Assembly: GCA_000002445.1 (NCBI GenBank)
Contig: CP000067.1
Coordinates: 416,001 to 480,000, forward strand
DNA: 64,000 nt
Reading direction: 5' to 3'
Source: Trypanosoma brucei
Taxonomy: Eukaryota
Below, piece by piece: positions 1-11,557 of this stretch. Every line of letters begins with the position of its first letter. Position 1 is the stretch's first letter. Position numbers and translations under genes: made by a program. The notes under the pieces are model-generated. The model did no database searches. It was not told the origin of the DNA and worked only from the letters and a program-made list of their open reading frames with translations.

Positions 1-436
1 ATCTCGCCCCACACTTTTGTTAATCTTTACTCATCCCCTATCATGCCATGCGGCGTTCCCTTCCTCCACCTTCTCCCTTCGGCCGCATCACGGCCGAAGG
101 TATCGTAGCTGCTAGACGTTTGTTTCGATGGTTGCTCCTCAGTACCGCATGATGATGTCCGTCAGAGTTACTCCTCCCCCTTCACCGGAAGGTTTACCGA
201 ATCAAATACGACGCGTTGAAGGTATGCGTGATACTGGAAGAAAATAAAAAAGACGCTCCCACCCCCCATTTCCGGCGAATCGGAAATTGCAGCAACAGCA
301 GCGAGAGTTGACATTTAGAGCCTTTTTTTTTTCCTCACTCCCCTCCAAGACAAATCATGTGCACGTCAGAACATTCGCATGATTATGTCTTGCTGGTGTC
401 GAACCCCATGTATCCCACGACCAGGTACCTGAAACC

Positions 437-2647
437 TCACGATTTGTTTTTCTTTCCGAGCCGAGCTTTCTTGCGGTTTGCACTCCCAGTTCCATATTGC
501 TGACGCAGCGAGATGGCACCTTCCTTCAGCTCAAGCGGTTTCTGGGTGGGTACATCGATTTCTTCCACTTCATCCTTCACCTCAAGCCCTTCATGGAGAC
601 ATGGGCCAGCCATTCCTTCTCCTCTTTCGCTGCTGTTTTCCCTTTCGACGGTTGGTTCCTCTGCATCAACATGCACCCGTTTTTCCTCTTCCTCACCCTC
701 ACCCTTTACCTTCATCTCTTCCACTTCCCGCGCCCGCTTAACCGCAGACATCCGTGTCACCACATCATGACCAGGAAGTGCAATAGGGTAGTAAGGTTTC
801 CTGCGGAGGATGGCAGCAACATTCCGCATCGTTTCAAACCATGCAGATGGCTCCGTGCGCACCACAACATGCGCGTCTTCTACAGTAAATGCCGGGTCCG
901 CACGCTGCTCAATTGAAGGGAGTGTGCCGGTCATGGAGCGATGAACACCCATGTATCGCAAAGCAACCCCAACATTTGGTAAGGGTTTGGGTTTTACATC
1001 ACCATTTGCTCCATCTTTTAGGCTATCAGCACTTCCGATAGCATCTTTCACTATCTGGAGCAGCTTCATAACATTTGTGCGCACAGCAACACTTACTGGA
1101 CTACAACACTTAAGCACCTCGTTTGCCGATGTGGGCAGCTTTGTCGCGATAGACAACACGCACGAAATATGCATAACAGCTGAGGGAGAGTCGTCCGCTT
1201 CCCGCGCCGCCATGTCCCGCCAGTTAAATATCTCGCGTGCCACCTGCAGCTGAGATGAAGAAAGACCACCCAAGCTCCTTCCAAGTGCCTGCTTGTATGT
1301 AACATCAGGGTCGAGATGTGGCTTCTCGTAGCGCTCCAGCGATAGAAGGCGGCTCTCTTGAAATACGTGAAGCAGCATGTTTCCAACAGAAGCTCGAGCC
1401 TCGCAATTGAGTAACAACTGCTTCAAGCGATCGTAGACATAGAGCAAGAAGTGTGTATCTTGCTGGGCATAGGAAACCATCTCTGCTGGAATGGGCCGAA
1501 CACGCCAGTCCGCAGTCTGGTACTTTTTGTTGAGTTTCACCTGGCAGAAGTGATCCACCGCGAACGCCAAACTGTGTGGCATGTGCAGATTCTGCAATGC
1601 TATACTTGTGTCAAAGAGGTTCACGATGTACAACCCGAAATCCTTCTGCAGCCACCGAACATCTTCTCGCGCACCATGGAAAACCTTCACAATGTTTGGT
1701 TGCAAGAAAACGGGGGCCATCAGGTACATGTTTGCGCGCACCTTAAGACAGTCAACGATGAAGTCCTGGGTGCGAGTGCTGATCTGCATGAGGCATGTAA
1801 AACCTTGATACGAGTAGAAATCATGGTGCTCCAAGTCGACAGCAATTTCCGTCTCATTCAGCAGCACTGCCACAAGTGCTTCAAGGTCCTCCACCGTATC
1901 GACAAACGTCAGAGGACACGTGACTAGTGAAAGGTAAGGAGTTTCAGTTTTGAGCAGCAGTTGCTCTGAGGGAACAGACACAGCCTTAATCCGTTCCGCA
2001 AAGGGATGAACACCCGGTTCCCCGACGTGACGTACGCCCTTTTCGTCGTAGTAGACTGGACGGAAAGGTGTGGGACTGTTGTCTACCGGATGTTCAAATG
2101 TGAGTTGCGGCCTCAAGACACTTACACCGGCTGCGTTAAAGACAGAATAAGAGGAAGACGGGACCACACCCTGCAATTCTGATCCAAACTTCACGGATAG
2201 TTGATCCTTAGCACTTAAACGTCGCCCCTTTAACTCATCCAACAAACCATCAACATTCTCCAGTAACGAATCCGCAGCTTCCATCACAGCAGCTCGCTGA
2301 GGGTCTGTTAGTTTCCCTCCTGTACTTGAGAGGGTGACACGCCGCTTAGCCGGCAGCAACTGACAGAATTTATCCATCAGGGAAACGACAGCCTCACTGT
2401 GGCGAGTGATTTGATGCCTGAACGCAGGAAAAGCCATATGGTAATCATAGTCTTCCTCCGCGAGATCCGCTGTTAACTTTGTGTATTCCTTCACGAGCGT
2501 AAAGGCTCCGTTCACAAGGTCCTTTGTTTGTGGAAGAGAGCCAGACATATACCCGACTCCTTTTGATAATGTTAGTGGAAGAAATATTTCGGCACGCGCG
2601 TGCCCGCGTGTTTGGAAAAGATGTATGGAAACAAGCATCAAAAGCAT
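437..2647 (-). CDS. RRP6: Exosome 3'-5' exoribonuclease RRP6 (RNase D family, DEDDy exonuclease + HRDC)
   Basis: 736-aa ORF. The central region has the DEDDy 3'-5' exonuclease signature ("VDLEHHDFYSYQGFTCLMQISTRTQDFIVD", "YAQQDTHFLLYVYDRL"). An HRDC-like segment follows ("LQVAREIFNWRDMAAREADDSP"), then an acidic/lysine-rich tail. The N-terminus resembles PMC2NT. The true start may be the internal Met at 2548 ("MSGSLPQTKDL..."). Confidence 0.8.
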   Translation of the reverse strand: MLLMLVSIHLFQTRGHARAEIFLPLTLSKGVGYMSGSLPQTKDLVNGAFTLVKEYTKLTADLAEEDYDYHMAFPAFRHQITRHSEAVVSLMDKFCQLLPAKRRVTLSSTGGKLTDPQRAAVMEAADSLLENVDGLLDELKGRRLSAKDQLSVKFGSELQGVVPSSSYSVFNAAGVSVLRPQLTFEHPVDNSPTPFRPVYYDEKGVRHVGEPGVHPFAERIKAVSVPSEQLLLKTETPYLSLVTCPLTFVDTVEDLEALVAVLLNETEIAVDLEHHDFYSYQGFTCLMQISTRTQDFIVDCLKVRANMYLMAPVFLQPNIVKVFHGAREDVRWLQKDFGLYIVNLFDTSIALQNLHMPHSLAFAVDHFCQVKLNKKYQTADWRVRPIPAEMVSYAQQDTHFLLYVYDRLKQLLLNCEARASVGNMLLHVFQESRLLSLERYEKPHLDPDVTYKQALGRSLGGLSSSQLQVAREIFNWRDMAAREADDSPSAVMHISCVLSIATKLPTSANEVLKCCSPVSVAVRTNVMKLLQIVKDAIGSADSLKDGANGDVKPKPLPNVGVALRYMGVHRSMTGTLPSIEQRADPAFTVEDAHVVVRTEPSAWFETMRNVAAILRRKPYYPIALPGHDVVTRMSAVKRAREVEEMKVKGEGEEEEKRVHVDAEEPTVERENSSERGEGMAGPCLHEGLEVKDEVEEIDVPTQKPLELKEGAISLRQQYGTGSANRKKARLGKKNKS

Positions 2648-3187
2648 GAAAGGAAAAGGTCAGACACACATAACGGTGTCATTGCAGAGTCGTAAGAACG
2701 AGATTGACGCCTCAGATGGTTAGAGTAGATCACCAAAAAGGAAAAAAAAACAAAGAGAGAAAGTAAAGTGAAATGTTCCATCTATTTTTCGTTAGAGACC
2801 CACCGCCGTTCATTAAAGCCATAAACTGGTGAGCGACGAAGATAAAACCACCGGCAAGGACCGCTTTTTGGCGTGACATAAGATACCAGAAATCTAGAAG
2901 GGAGAAATCAAATTACATTTTAATGAAAGGATGAAAACCGAATAGTTCCCGCTCACTAACAAAAATAAACAAGACAACAGACGTGAGCCAACTCACTCAA
3001 ATGTCCCACACGATTATTGGTAGTAGTGTTACATACCCAAATGCCTACCACTGGACTTAATCATACACGCGGCAATGTTTAGCAAACCAGCCCTCCTGAA
3101 AGTCGTGTATAGAGAGAGAGAGGAGCAGGAAAATGAAGGAAGCTAAAGGAGGGGAAGAAAAGAGCAAGGAACCGTCACATCGTCCTC

Positions 3188-4210
3188 TTAAATAGTTTCT
3201 TCCGACCTTGACCTCCCCTCATATTTCCCAGAAGATGTCAGAAGAGGGGTATTCCTTCCCCACACGCTAAACCCGGCGACGTGCAGGAGAGGCCCCACCC
3301 TGCCACTATCCCTCTCCCGACTCGCACAACCGTAAATCACGCCACCGACGAGGCCGAGAGTTATTCCCACGTAACCCGTTTTCGTTGGAAACTGGTTAAA
3401 CACAACCATCCCGGCAACTGACATGGGTACCTTGTTTACCACCCCAACAACACTGAAGGTGGTGGGTGTTGTTTGCTCCATACACCAAAAGGTGGCGAAT
3501 GTTAGTAGAGGCCCTGTTCCCGCCACGGTAAGAGCTAAAAGAGGTGGAAGGGAGATGCTGCGAATGGTGTGAATCATGCTCCCCATGGAAGGGAGCGCAA
3601 TCACAAACGCAACAAGCATTGAAAGTAAGTTATTGTAAAACACAGGCCCATAACGGCCGATTGTTTTGCTCACATCTCCCAGCAGCCGCTTCATGTACAA
3701 CGTGTACCCCACAGTCGCCATTATGTTGAGAGTCGTCCAAATCATTCCCCATGTTGTCACCCATTGGTCTCCCATTGCGCAAAGATAACTTCCGGCTGAC
3801 ATAAAGAAAAAAGCCAAGTACATTACGGGCGTCACACGCGTGCCGTACAGCTGTGAGTCACCAATGGCGGTGAGCACGACTGCAATGTTCTTCATGATTG
3901 TGTGCATCGCCACCGACATGGTTTCAAGACTTTTAATAGATGACCACAACATTGCAACGAAGAAGAGTGTAAGGGGGAGCCACTTCCTTGCCACTCTCGA
4001 GCAGAAGTTCGGATAATAAACCCATCCCATCATTTTCCCCATAACTGCAAAGAGCAGAGCGGTGCCACTCTCCACGAAAATAATACCCATAGGGTAGTTT
4101 AGAGCGTAGTTAGCAACAAGTAACTTGTTAGTAATAGTCATGACAGTACTAAAAATGCTGTAAACTACAATTGATGCCATGACCTCAACGGCCCCGTCAC
4201 GCGCCGTCAT
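3188..4210 (-). CDS. Nucleotide-sugar transporter (SLC35/TPT family, GDP-mannose transporter-like)
   Basis: About 10 predicted TM helices and the NST-like motif "SIFSTVMTITNKLLV". The ORF-track N-terminus (4513..4211) is a translated polypyrimidine tract, so I start at Met102 ("MTARDGAVEV", ATG at 4210). Confidence 0.6.
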   Translation of the reverse strand: MTARDGAVEVMASIVVYSIFSTVMTITNKLLVANYALNYPMGIIFVESGTALLFAVMGKMMGWVYYPNFCSRVARKWLPLTLFFVAMLWSSIKSLETMSVAMHTIMKNIAVVLTAIGDSQLYGTRVTPVMYLAFFFMSAGSYLCAMGDQWVTTWGMIWTTLNIMATVGYTLYMKRLLGDVSKTIGRYGPVFYNNLLSMLVAFVIALPSMGSMIHTIRSISLPPLLALTVAGTGPLLTFATFWCMEQTTPTTFSVVGVVNKVPMSVAGMVVFNQFPTKTGYVGITLGLVGGVIYGCASRERDSGRVGPLLHVAGFSVWGRNTPLLTSSGKYEGRSRSEETI

Positions 4211-5894
4211 ATGACCGGATATGAAATAATGTTTTGTTTCCTTCGCTTTCCTCGTATTAAGAAAAACAACAGCTGCGACAAATGGCCGAAGCCCCAGCGG
4301 CTGTTGCGCTGGTGCGTTGGCGTGTCTCTTCAAAGGGAAGGCAAGTCCTTTCTGTGAGCTGAAACAAAGGAAACCCGCATCATTTTGGAGTACGCACGTA
4401 AAGGAACCAGTGGAAAAAGGAAGCAAAGATAAATTATTAAAAAAAAAAGGAAAACAAATAATAATTAAGGGAAAAGCGGCAAAATCAGAGACAGAAAAGG
4501 TAAAAAGGGTCAAAAGGCATCAGATGATAAACACAATAAAGCACCAAGGGAAGGTAATAGCAACTGCGTCAAGGACAATGTATGATGGAGGGATTTACGA
4601 CCTCTGTCAACTGCGCGTAATATTAAGCACCGCTCTCATTTTTTGAATTGACCACGTAGAGACGTAATAAACATTTAAAAGAGCAAAACAACAAAAGTTT
4701 TTTTTTTAAAAAGAAGGGGGTGCGAACAGTTAAGATAAAGGGAACCAGCACAAGCAACAACAATAAAGTAAGTCCATAACTTGGCGCCGTTACCCATGCA
4801 ACAAAATTAGAGAAAAGAAAAAAGAGACGTAACACATAAATCTTGTTGCACCAAAGACACGGAAGAATGAAAGGAGGTGGAAACAGGGTGACGTGTTGAC
4901 AGAAAACAATGTGAAGCAGGAAAAGAAAAATTAAAAAGGATTTTAACAAATCAGTTCTATATTTTCTGACAACATTATACGTAAACCTGCCGTTCGGAGC
5001 GGAGGTCCTGTTCCGCAAAACAAACAAAAAAAAGCCGCTATGAGGGAAATTGAAGACAAAAAAAACGACGTGAACAACAGGGAAGATAATCACCTAAACG
5101 AAAGGAAAAAAAACATGCATATATACATACATATATATATATATATAGGCGCACACGCGCACATATATTAATATGTGTGTAATAGTGAGTGCCCCTACGG
5201 TTGGTAAACACCCATCCCCCAAAGACAGAGAAAACACAATGAAAAACATCCATACAAGCGACATATTTAGAAAAGAAAAACGTATAAATGAATATATGTA
5301 AGCATATAAGTATATATATATATATATATATTGGTAACAATGCAGTGGACACTCTTCCTTTCTTCCACACCTCAAAAAGAAAAAAAGAAAACCAAAAAAA
5401 AAAAAAGCCCGTTAACACGTTGAGTCTCTCCCAACCTCTCCTTTCACTCCTCCTCTTGTTTCTCGTTCTCCTTTACAGAAAAACCAAACACATAGTCATT
5501 CCCTACTCTCTCATCTTTTGCTCAAACTGACGCCCTCGCATGCAGCCTTCATGTTCCTTTAAATTGCTTCTTTCGTATCATACGCAATAAATGTCAATGA
5601 AAATTGTGCCTCAATCGTTGTTCTTTTTTTTTCATTTGTTTCTCCCTTTTTGAATGGATTCAATACAGATGCACGAATACAGCACACATACACACACACA
5701 CACACATACGGAGGTTACTGCCTTCTCCCACTCCTTTTTCCTTCTCCCTCCTTAGTGTTTTTTTTTAAAATTATTTTCCCTCTCCTTCACAATAACTGTT
5801 GTGTGAGGAACAATTGCCTGTCGCACAGGGGAAACATCATCACCACCACCACACCTTCCAACAATAGCAATAGAAATAACAAAAGAAGAGCCCT

Positions 5895-7580
5895 TCACCG
5901 TGATGTGATTGCTGCAATAAGTCTTGATACTCGAAACAAACGATAGTGAAGGAACCCGTCTATAACAAACATACCGAAAAGAAGAATGGAAAGCACACCA
6001 AATGGAACAAATCCCATTACAATAGTTCTGTTTAGCTTTCGAGTACATGGGGCCCCCTTCCATTCACCTTTACAAACTCCCCAGAGACATGTTGGGGAAT
6101 CTCTATCCACATCACAGTTTTCATTATATCCCCTACACTCATTGCTTTTGTAATACGCACACAACGCAATTGGATCCTCTGCTCTTTCCCTAATGTAACT
6201 TTGAATGCGCGGAAATGATATTGCCTCCGCTACCGCCAAAAGTGCGAGAGAACAAAAACCGATGGCAATACCAACCGCTGCAGCTCGCAACATGGCGTGA
6301 GGGGAAAACCTTACCGGCATTCGCATTCTGATGGCATGAAAAGCTGTAACAGCACTCGCAAACAAACAATGGAAACAACCAATCAATATGGGCGAAATGT
6401 AACGAAACATATAACCATTTACAATTCCATTGCGGCCACCTATAAATGTATTCGCGGCCACTGTCAGTAACATAAGCGTCATCAGAGATTGTACAACGGC
6501 TAGCCAAAAGGTTTGCATGGGAAGACGTGTCAGAAACAGAATACCAGTTCCGCTAAACAGCCCCGGGGGCGCCCGAAATAACTGAAGCTGTATTCCTACT
6601 CTCGCATCTGTGGGCCGCGAGCTACACTTCGCTATGTTTTTATCAATATTTGCCAGAGCCGCAAGTTCCTCCTTCGCCACCGACACTAAAACATTATCAT
6701 CAATGCCCTTGTAGTTGCACTTACTTTCAACAAAGGACCGTAGAGTTAAACTCTGTTCCTTATTCTCTCTACTGGCCGACACCAGAAACCGACGCACGTA
6801 CATGCGCAGACACTGCATGTCAAAGAATTTCTTGGAGGAATGACGAAAAATAGACATAAAACTGCTCCTCTGATCATTCCCAACCACAACATCGTGAATT
6901 GCAGAACGCGCAAACGTAACGTAAGGAATTGGACCGATAGATCCTGCACCACAAATGAGCTTTTGACGTTCCGACTGCGTCTCCGCATCTCCTTTACCCC
7001 GCCGAGAGTTAACATAAAACAGCGAGAGAAACATCGACCTTCGGTTGTTTTCATCTGCAGGTGCGCCACTCGCAACACCGCTCTCGTCCACTTCTTCAGT
7101 CGATCCATTGTTCTCACCCCAGATATTCTCTCGCGTCACTATATCCTTTTCATCTTCCTTACTGCTACCCTCCTGCGCTTTCACTTCCCTCCTTGCGTTC
7201 CTCTTGGTTTTTTCTTGTTCCAACCGCTCTCGGCGCTTTAGAAAATCATCACTAGTGAAGCGGTTCACATTTAGCAGTGTTATCGTATTTTTGTTTACCA
7301 TGCTTACATATCCCTCATAATGTAAAAACAATGTTTCATCATTCACTACTGACTCACCGAGAAAGGAAATGCACCTCCCGATAAGTTTAAAATCCTGCCA
7401 ATGTAGCTTTGGAAGATTTCTACACGGCTCGTCAAGCATAATTACAGCCTCAGTAGGAGTACTTGAGGTTTGGCATTCCTCTGCAGCATCCGGCGCTGAA
7501 GTTTCAACATTTCCCTCAAGTGGCGGCACCGGCTCCACCTCGTTACCAGCGCCGTCACGTCGTTGGGGATTCTCCGGCAT
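5895..7580 (-). CDS. Hypothetical multi-pass membrane protein (hydrophilic N-terminal ~330 aa, C-terminal 4-TM region with a Cys-rich loop)
   Basis: 561-aa ORF with good codon complexity on the same strand as the neighbours. The C-terminal half has 4 hydrophobic helices. Between them is a Cys-rich loop ("CAYYKSNECRGYNENCDVDRDSPTCLWGVCKGEWKGAPC"). No family recognised. Confidence 0.5.
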   Translation of the reverse strand: MPENPQRRDGAGNEVEPVPPLEGNVETSAPDAAEECQTSSTPTEAVIMLDEPCRNLPKLHWQDFKLIGRCISFLGESVVNDETLFLHYEGYVSMVNKNTITLLNVNRFTSDDFLKRRERLEQEKTKRNARREVKAQEGSSKEDEKDIVTRENIWGENNGSTEEVDESGVASGAPADENNRRSMFLSLFYVNSRRGKGDAETQSERQKLICGAGSIGPIPYVTFARSAIHDVVVGNDQRSSFMSIFRHSSKKFFDMQCLRMYVRRFLVSASRENKEQSLTLRSFVESKCNYKGIDDNVLVSVAKEELAALANIDKNIAKCSSRPTDARVGIQLQLFRAPPGLFSGTGILFLTRLPMQTFWLAVVQSLMTLMLLTVAANTFIGGRNGIVNGYMFRYISPILIGCFHCLFASAVTAFHAIRMRMPVRFSPHAMLRAAAVGIAIGFCSLALLAVAEAISFPRIQSYIRERAEDPIALCAYYKSNECRGYNENCDVDRDSPTCLWGVCKGEWKGAPCTRKLNRTIVMGFVPFGVLSILLFGMFVIDGFLHYRLFRVSRLIAAITSR

Positions 7581-7866
7581 TCACAAACTAATAACTTAAA
7601 ACTCCTTTTTTTTTTTAAAAAAAGAAAAAAACAGAAAAAAATTCTCCTTTTTGTCTTCTCTTCACTCCTCAATGTTCCACACTCCAAACAGTTTCAACTA
7701 CTGTGTAATCAAGTTGCTGACGTAGCTATCACCTTCCTGCTACTGCTTTCTTTTCTTTTCTTTTCTTTTTTACCTTGTTCTTTCTTTCTTTCTTGTTTTT
7801 GTATGCTCTTTTGTTTTCTTGAGTCCACCTCACCGTGGCCTCTCTTCAAATAATAGGTTATTGTGC

Positions 7867-7867
<1 letters not shown>

Positions 7868-7906
<39 letters not shown>
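7868..7906. repeat. (TA)n microsatellite (~19 units)
   Basis: Uninterrupted atatat... run. Confidence 0.95.
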
Positions 7907-7909
<3 letters not shown>

Positions 7910-9110
7910 ATATATACGCTGTTGAATGCCAAACACAACCTCCTTCTCTTTTTTTCTTTTTCTTTTTTTGCTCCCCTTCCAATTCTTAACTTCCAGCTGG
8001 CACTTCTCTTTTTTTTTTTTAACTTATATTTCCTTTACCCTCTTCTCCTTCGCCACGTGTTCTTCCAGCCACAGTTTAGTTGCACGAGGCCACGTGTCTC
8101 TGCCCTAAGAAGAAAGAAGGAAAAGAAAGAAAAAAGTGACGTGTGATGTTGTCACGTTTGTTTTTATTTCAGCTTTCTTCTCTCTTTTTTTTTTTTTGCG
8201 CTTTTCTCCCACCTACTTTTGTTGCCTTTGAATACAATTTAGCACTTTTACATACGACTAAATGACAGTATTTGTCAAGGAAGAAAAAAAGAGGAGAAAG
8301 GAAGAGGAGAGGAGAGTAATTAGTGAAGTAGTTACATGCAACATCTAGACAAATTTATACATTTCCGATTATTTATTTTATTTTATTTTATTTTATTTTT
8401 TGCATCCTTCCACCCCGTCATCCATCCATTCCGCATGTTTCCTTTTTTTTTTTCCTCCCTCTCTTTCTCTTTGTTTAGAGGACGAGTCTCATCGCAAGAG
8501 TGCAATACACTCGAGAAGTGGGAAACACAAACACAAACACAAAAAAGAAAAAAAGAAAACAGAAAGAAGGGAAGTAATGGAAAGAAAGAATATCGACCAC
8601 AGTTTCGTTTGGTGAACTGCGTGCATACATGTGGTGCGACAAAAGGCACATGCACACACACACATGCACACACATAAAAAAAAAAAAGAAAAAAAAACGG
8701 AACCGTAGACACAAGGAGGAGGAGGATAATAATAATAATAACAATAAAAGTCATAAAACTTTATTATCCGTCTCCATACGCTCCCCTCCTTTTTTTCTTT
8801 TCTTCCTCATTCCCACTTTCCGTTTTATCTGATTGCACTTTAAATAATATTAAGTTTGTCTGTTGTTTCTTCACCTTCAGACATCTCCAGCTATCATACA
8901 GAAACATACACAGAAACAAACACAACCTCTTCACTATTCTTTCACACAAATGACGGTACGCTGTTGGTCAGTCCGATCAAGTTAATAAAGAGAGAAAAAT
9001 AAGTTTCATCAGCATCAACAACACCGCCATCAACACAAAAAACAAAAAACAAAAACATCAACAACAAAAACAACATCAACACACAACGAACGAGGACAGG
9101 TTAGGCCACT

Positions 9111-9123
9111 GGGGGGGGGGGGG
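9111..9123. repeat. G13-14 homopolymer
   Basis: "actgggggggggggggcgg". Similar G/C runs of 11 nt or more occur at 23761-23774 (C14), 28834-28852 (G6AG11), 36966-36976 (G11), 40247-40257 (G11), 48899-48909 (C11), 50906-50916 (C11) and 61400-61412 (C13). Confidence 0.85.
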
Positions 9124-9932
9124 CGGAGGACTTGCGAAAAGTAGTAGAAGGGAAGGTGGGAAAAGCTGAAAAGAAGAAAGAAAAAGAAAACACAACGCGA
9201 CCGGCGCGCAGCAACGTGATCTAAAGTGTGTGTGCATGTGGCAAACAAACTATCGGCATCAGTAACCAAAACAGAAAGTGGGTGAGGCGTGAGAGAAAAA
9301 AGACGAAACGGCAATAAGTGATCCCGAAGTGAGGTAAGTGGGCTCAAGTGCACACGACGATATGATGCCACGCTTAATGAGAAAAACACCCCGAAGGAGA
9401 ACAACAGCGACAACAACAACAATAGAAAAGGATGAAAAACAAAACCCGTATTTACATCCCTCCTACTCCCCACAAAAGCCGTACGAATCACCACATCGCG
9501 ATACATGGAAATGATGATACCTCTTATTCCCTTACCATTTATGCACCGAACCCACTTTCTGTTTGTTGTTTGTTGTTCCATCTCCACTCCTTCTTTTCCT
9601 TATTCCAACGGCTTCCACCGTTCCTGCCACGGCGGCAGTTTAATTACTGCGCCTCGTATTCCCTTCCATTGATTCGGCATCAAATATAGCAGCGGAACCT
9701 CCCCACAGCACTCCTCATTTCCCCTACGCATGCATGCATGTGTATGCGTATGTTTATGTCTGCGCACGTCTGTGTGTGTGTCTGTGCATCTTCCATAGCT
9801 TCTTTTTTTCCATGTAGTTTTGGCAATCCCAACAAGCAAGCGAATTCAAAAGCGACGCCCAATTAAACGGGCACACCACTCGCTGCCACACAACTGCATC
9901 CGGCCTCCTGCTTATTCTTTTCCCTCTCCCAT

Positions 9933-11120
9933 TTAGTCATCACCGACCAAAATGCTCTGAACCTTTTCGAATACAACAAACATGGAAGCACTAGCTGGCA
10001 CTGCCTTCAGATAGTTCGCTGATATGCCTGAGAATAGGGATCCTACACCTTTCGTTCTAACCATCTTCACGAAACAGTCAGTCATGCCTTTATATTTCAC
10101 TGCACGTCCGTTGGTGCCCTGCGTTTGCAGTCGGGTCCGCACGACGTTGAGTGGATATGATACCGTTTGTGCAAACATGGAGGCGAACATACTAACGGCA
10201 GCCGTTTCAATGGAGGAAAGAGATGAATCGTGACGGCTCATACCGTAATTATTCATCCTGTACATTATCATCTGCTGCTGTGCAGTAGAATAGATACCGA
10301 CTTCTAATCCGCGGTAGATGAAGATTCCCACCATATTGGGGGTGAGACCACGATAGAAGCCAGAAATTCCACTATTTTTGTACGTGTCATATATCACCTG
10401 CCGCATGCCGCCCGGGTACTCCGACCTCCTCGAAACGGCCATGCGTGTTTTGATTACTTCAAGAGGATACAGCGTAAGCTGCGCACCAAACCCTGCCCAG
10501 GCGCCAATGAGGAAGTTTAGAAGTATGCGCGGAATGCTGGTGAGCGTAAACCAGCGGTTAAGTGGGGCCGGTAACACAGATACCGTAGACAAATCATATG
10601 CAATAGGCTCCGAGCCCGTTGCCTTCATTGCGGCCTCCCACTCCGTTACGCGGGCCGTTTCTTCATCTAAACTGTCCTCGTAAAGCGACAGGAAGTACCG
10701 ACGGAGTGTAAAAACTAAGGCAAACTCCGGACCCGCCTTGAGGCAGTTTACCCCGTTCCCGCGCCAGAAAGCGGACCACCCGCCATCATTCCGAATTAAG
10801 TGAAAGACGTCAATTAGTTGTGCCGGTCTAAGAAGCGACTTTTTTCCAGTGCCACTCACAAGATGACCCTCCTGAACAATAATCTTGATGCGGTCCAAGG
10901 GGGCTGTCAGTGTGCGACTACATGCGCCCGCCACACCACCTGCAACAAAAGTAGCTGCTGTTGTGTACGAGTCTCGCTTCACGTGCATGTGCTGTTCCTT
11001 TGCCTTTTCGTGGCCTACAGTCATAGCTTCCGATCCCGTGATATTTTGAGCACTTGCACCACTACTGCAGTCTGCTACTTCAACCCCCATATGCACGTTT
11101 TCGGTGACGCTTGCGCGCAA
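9933..11120 (-). CDS. Mitochondrial carrier family (SLC25) protein
   Basis: Three carrier signature repeats: "PLDRIKIIVQ", "PLEVIKTRM" and "PLNVVRTRLQ". Six TM segments and an ~60-aa N-terminal extension. Confidence 0.8.
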   Translation of the reverse strand: MRASVTENVHMGVEVADCSSGASAQNITGSEAMTVGHEKAKEQHMHVKRDSYTTAATFVAGGVAGACSRTLTAPLDRIKIIVQEGHLVSGTGKKSLLRPAQLIDVFHLIRNDGGWSAFWRGNGVNCLKAGPEFALVFTLRRYFLSLYEDSLDEETARVTEWEAAMKATGSEPIAYDLSTVSVLPAPLNRWFTLTSIPRILLNFLIGAWAGFGAQLTLYPLEVIKTRMAVSRRSEYPGGMRQVIYDTYKNSGISGFYRGLTPNMVGIFIYRGLEVGIYSTAQQQMIMYRMNNYGMSRHDSSLSSIETAAVSMFASMFAQTVSYPLNVVRTRLQTQGTNGRAVKYKGMTDCFVKMVRTKGVGSLFSGISANYLKAVPASASMFVVFEKVQSILVGDD

Positions 11121-11488
11121 CAGTTTCTTTTATCTCTCACTTCTGTCGTTAGGGAAAGCTTCTGTGTGGAGCAAAGACGTTGACACGTAGGCAACCTCCC
11201 GCTGCTTTTTGTTCCTAGATATGAAATGGCGCCCTCTCTTCGCCTCAACCACCGATAATATATATATATATATATATATAGGTATATGTATTTTTCTTTC
11301 TGCTCCCCTTCCTCTTCTTGCAGTCTATACGGTGATTTTACTCTTTCTCGCTATTCCGGTCGTGTCAACGGCTTCCCTCACCACCAGATGTGTATCTTGC
11401 ACCTGCGGTAACTAATGTGTGAAAGTGGCCCAAAGATAACCCTGGTCCAAGCTTGATGGGAACTAATGAATATATGTATAATGCACGC

Positions 11489-11557
11489 TTATATATATAT
11501 ATATATATATATATATGTCTGTGTCTGTGTCTGTGTGTGTGTGTGTGTGTGTGTGTC
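11489..11557. repeat. Compound microsatellite (TA)n-(GTCT)n-(GT)n
   Basis: atatat... followed by gtctgtgtctgtgtctgtgtgtgt... Confidence 0.95.

Noticed and set aside
478-2723. Plus-strand ORFs of 75-160 aa (e.g. 497..916, 1451..1927) overlapping RRP6
   Set aside because: They are antisense shadow ORFs inside a well-supported 736-aa minus-strand gene with conserved exonuclease motifs. Their products are low-complexity and no domains are recognisable.
9030-9587. 185-aa minus-strand ORF in the 7.6-9.9 kb spacer
   Set aside because: It translates poly-pyrimidine/CA-rich low-complexity DNA ("FFFFLLFSFSHLPFYYF", "VFVFCFLC"), which is not protein-like.
7600-9900. Possible retroposon (ingi/RIME/SLACS-like) or VSG/ESAG-type sequence in the long spacers
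   Set aside because: None of the long ORF-free regions contains an ORF fragment resembling reverse transcriptase or endonuclease, poly(A)-flanked target-site duplications, or any complex sequence. They are simple-sequence DNA.
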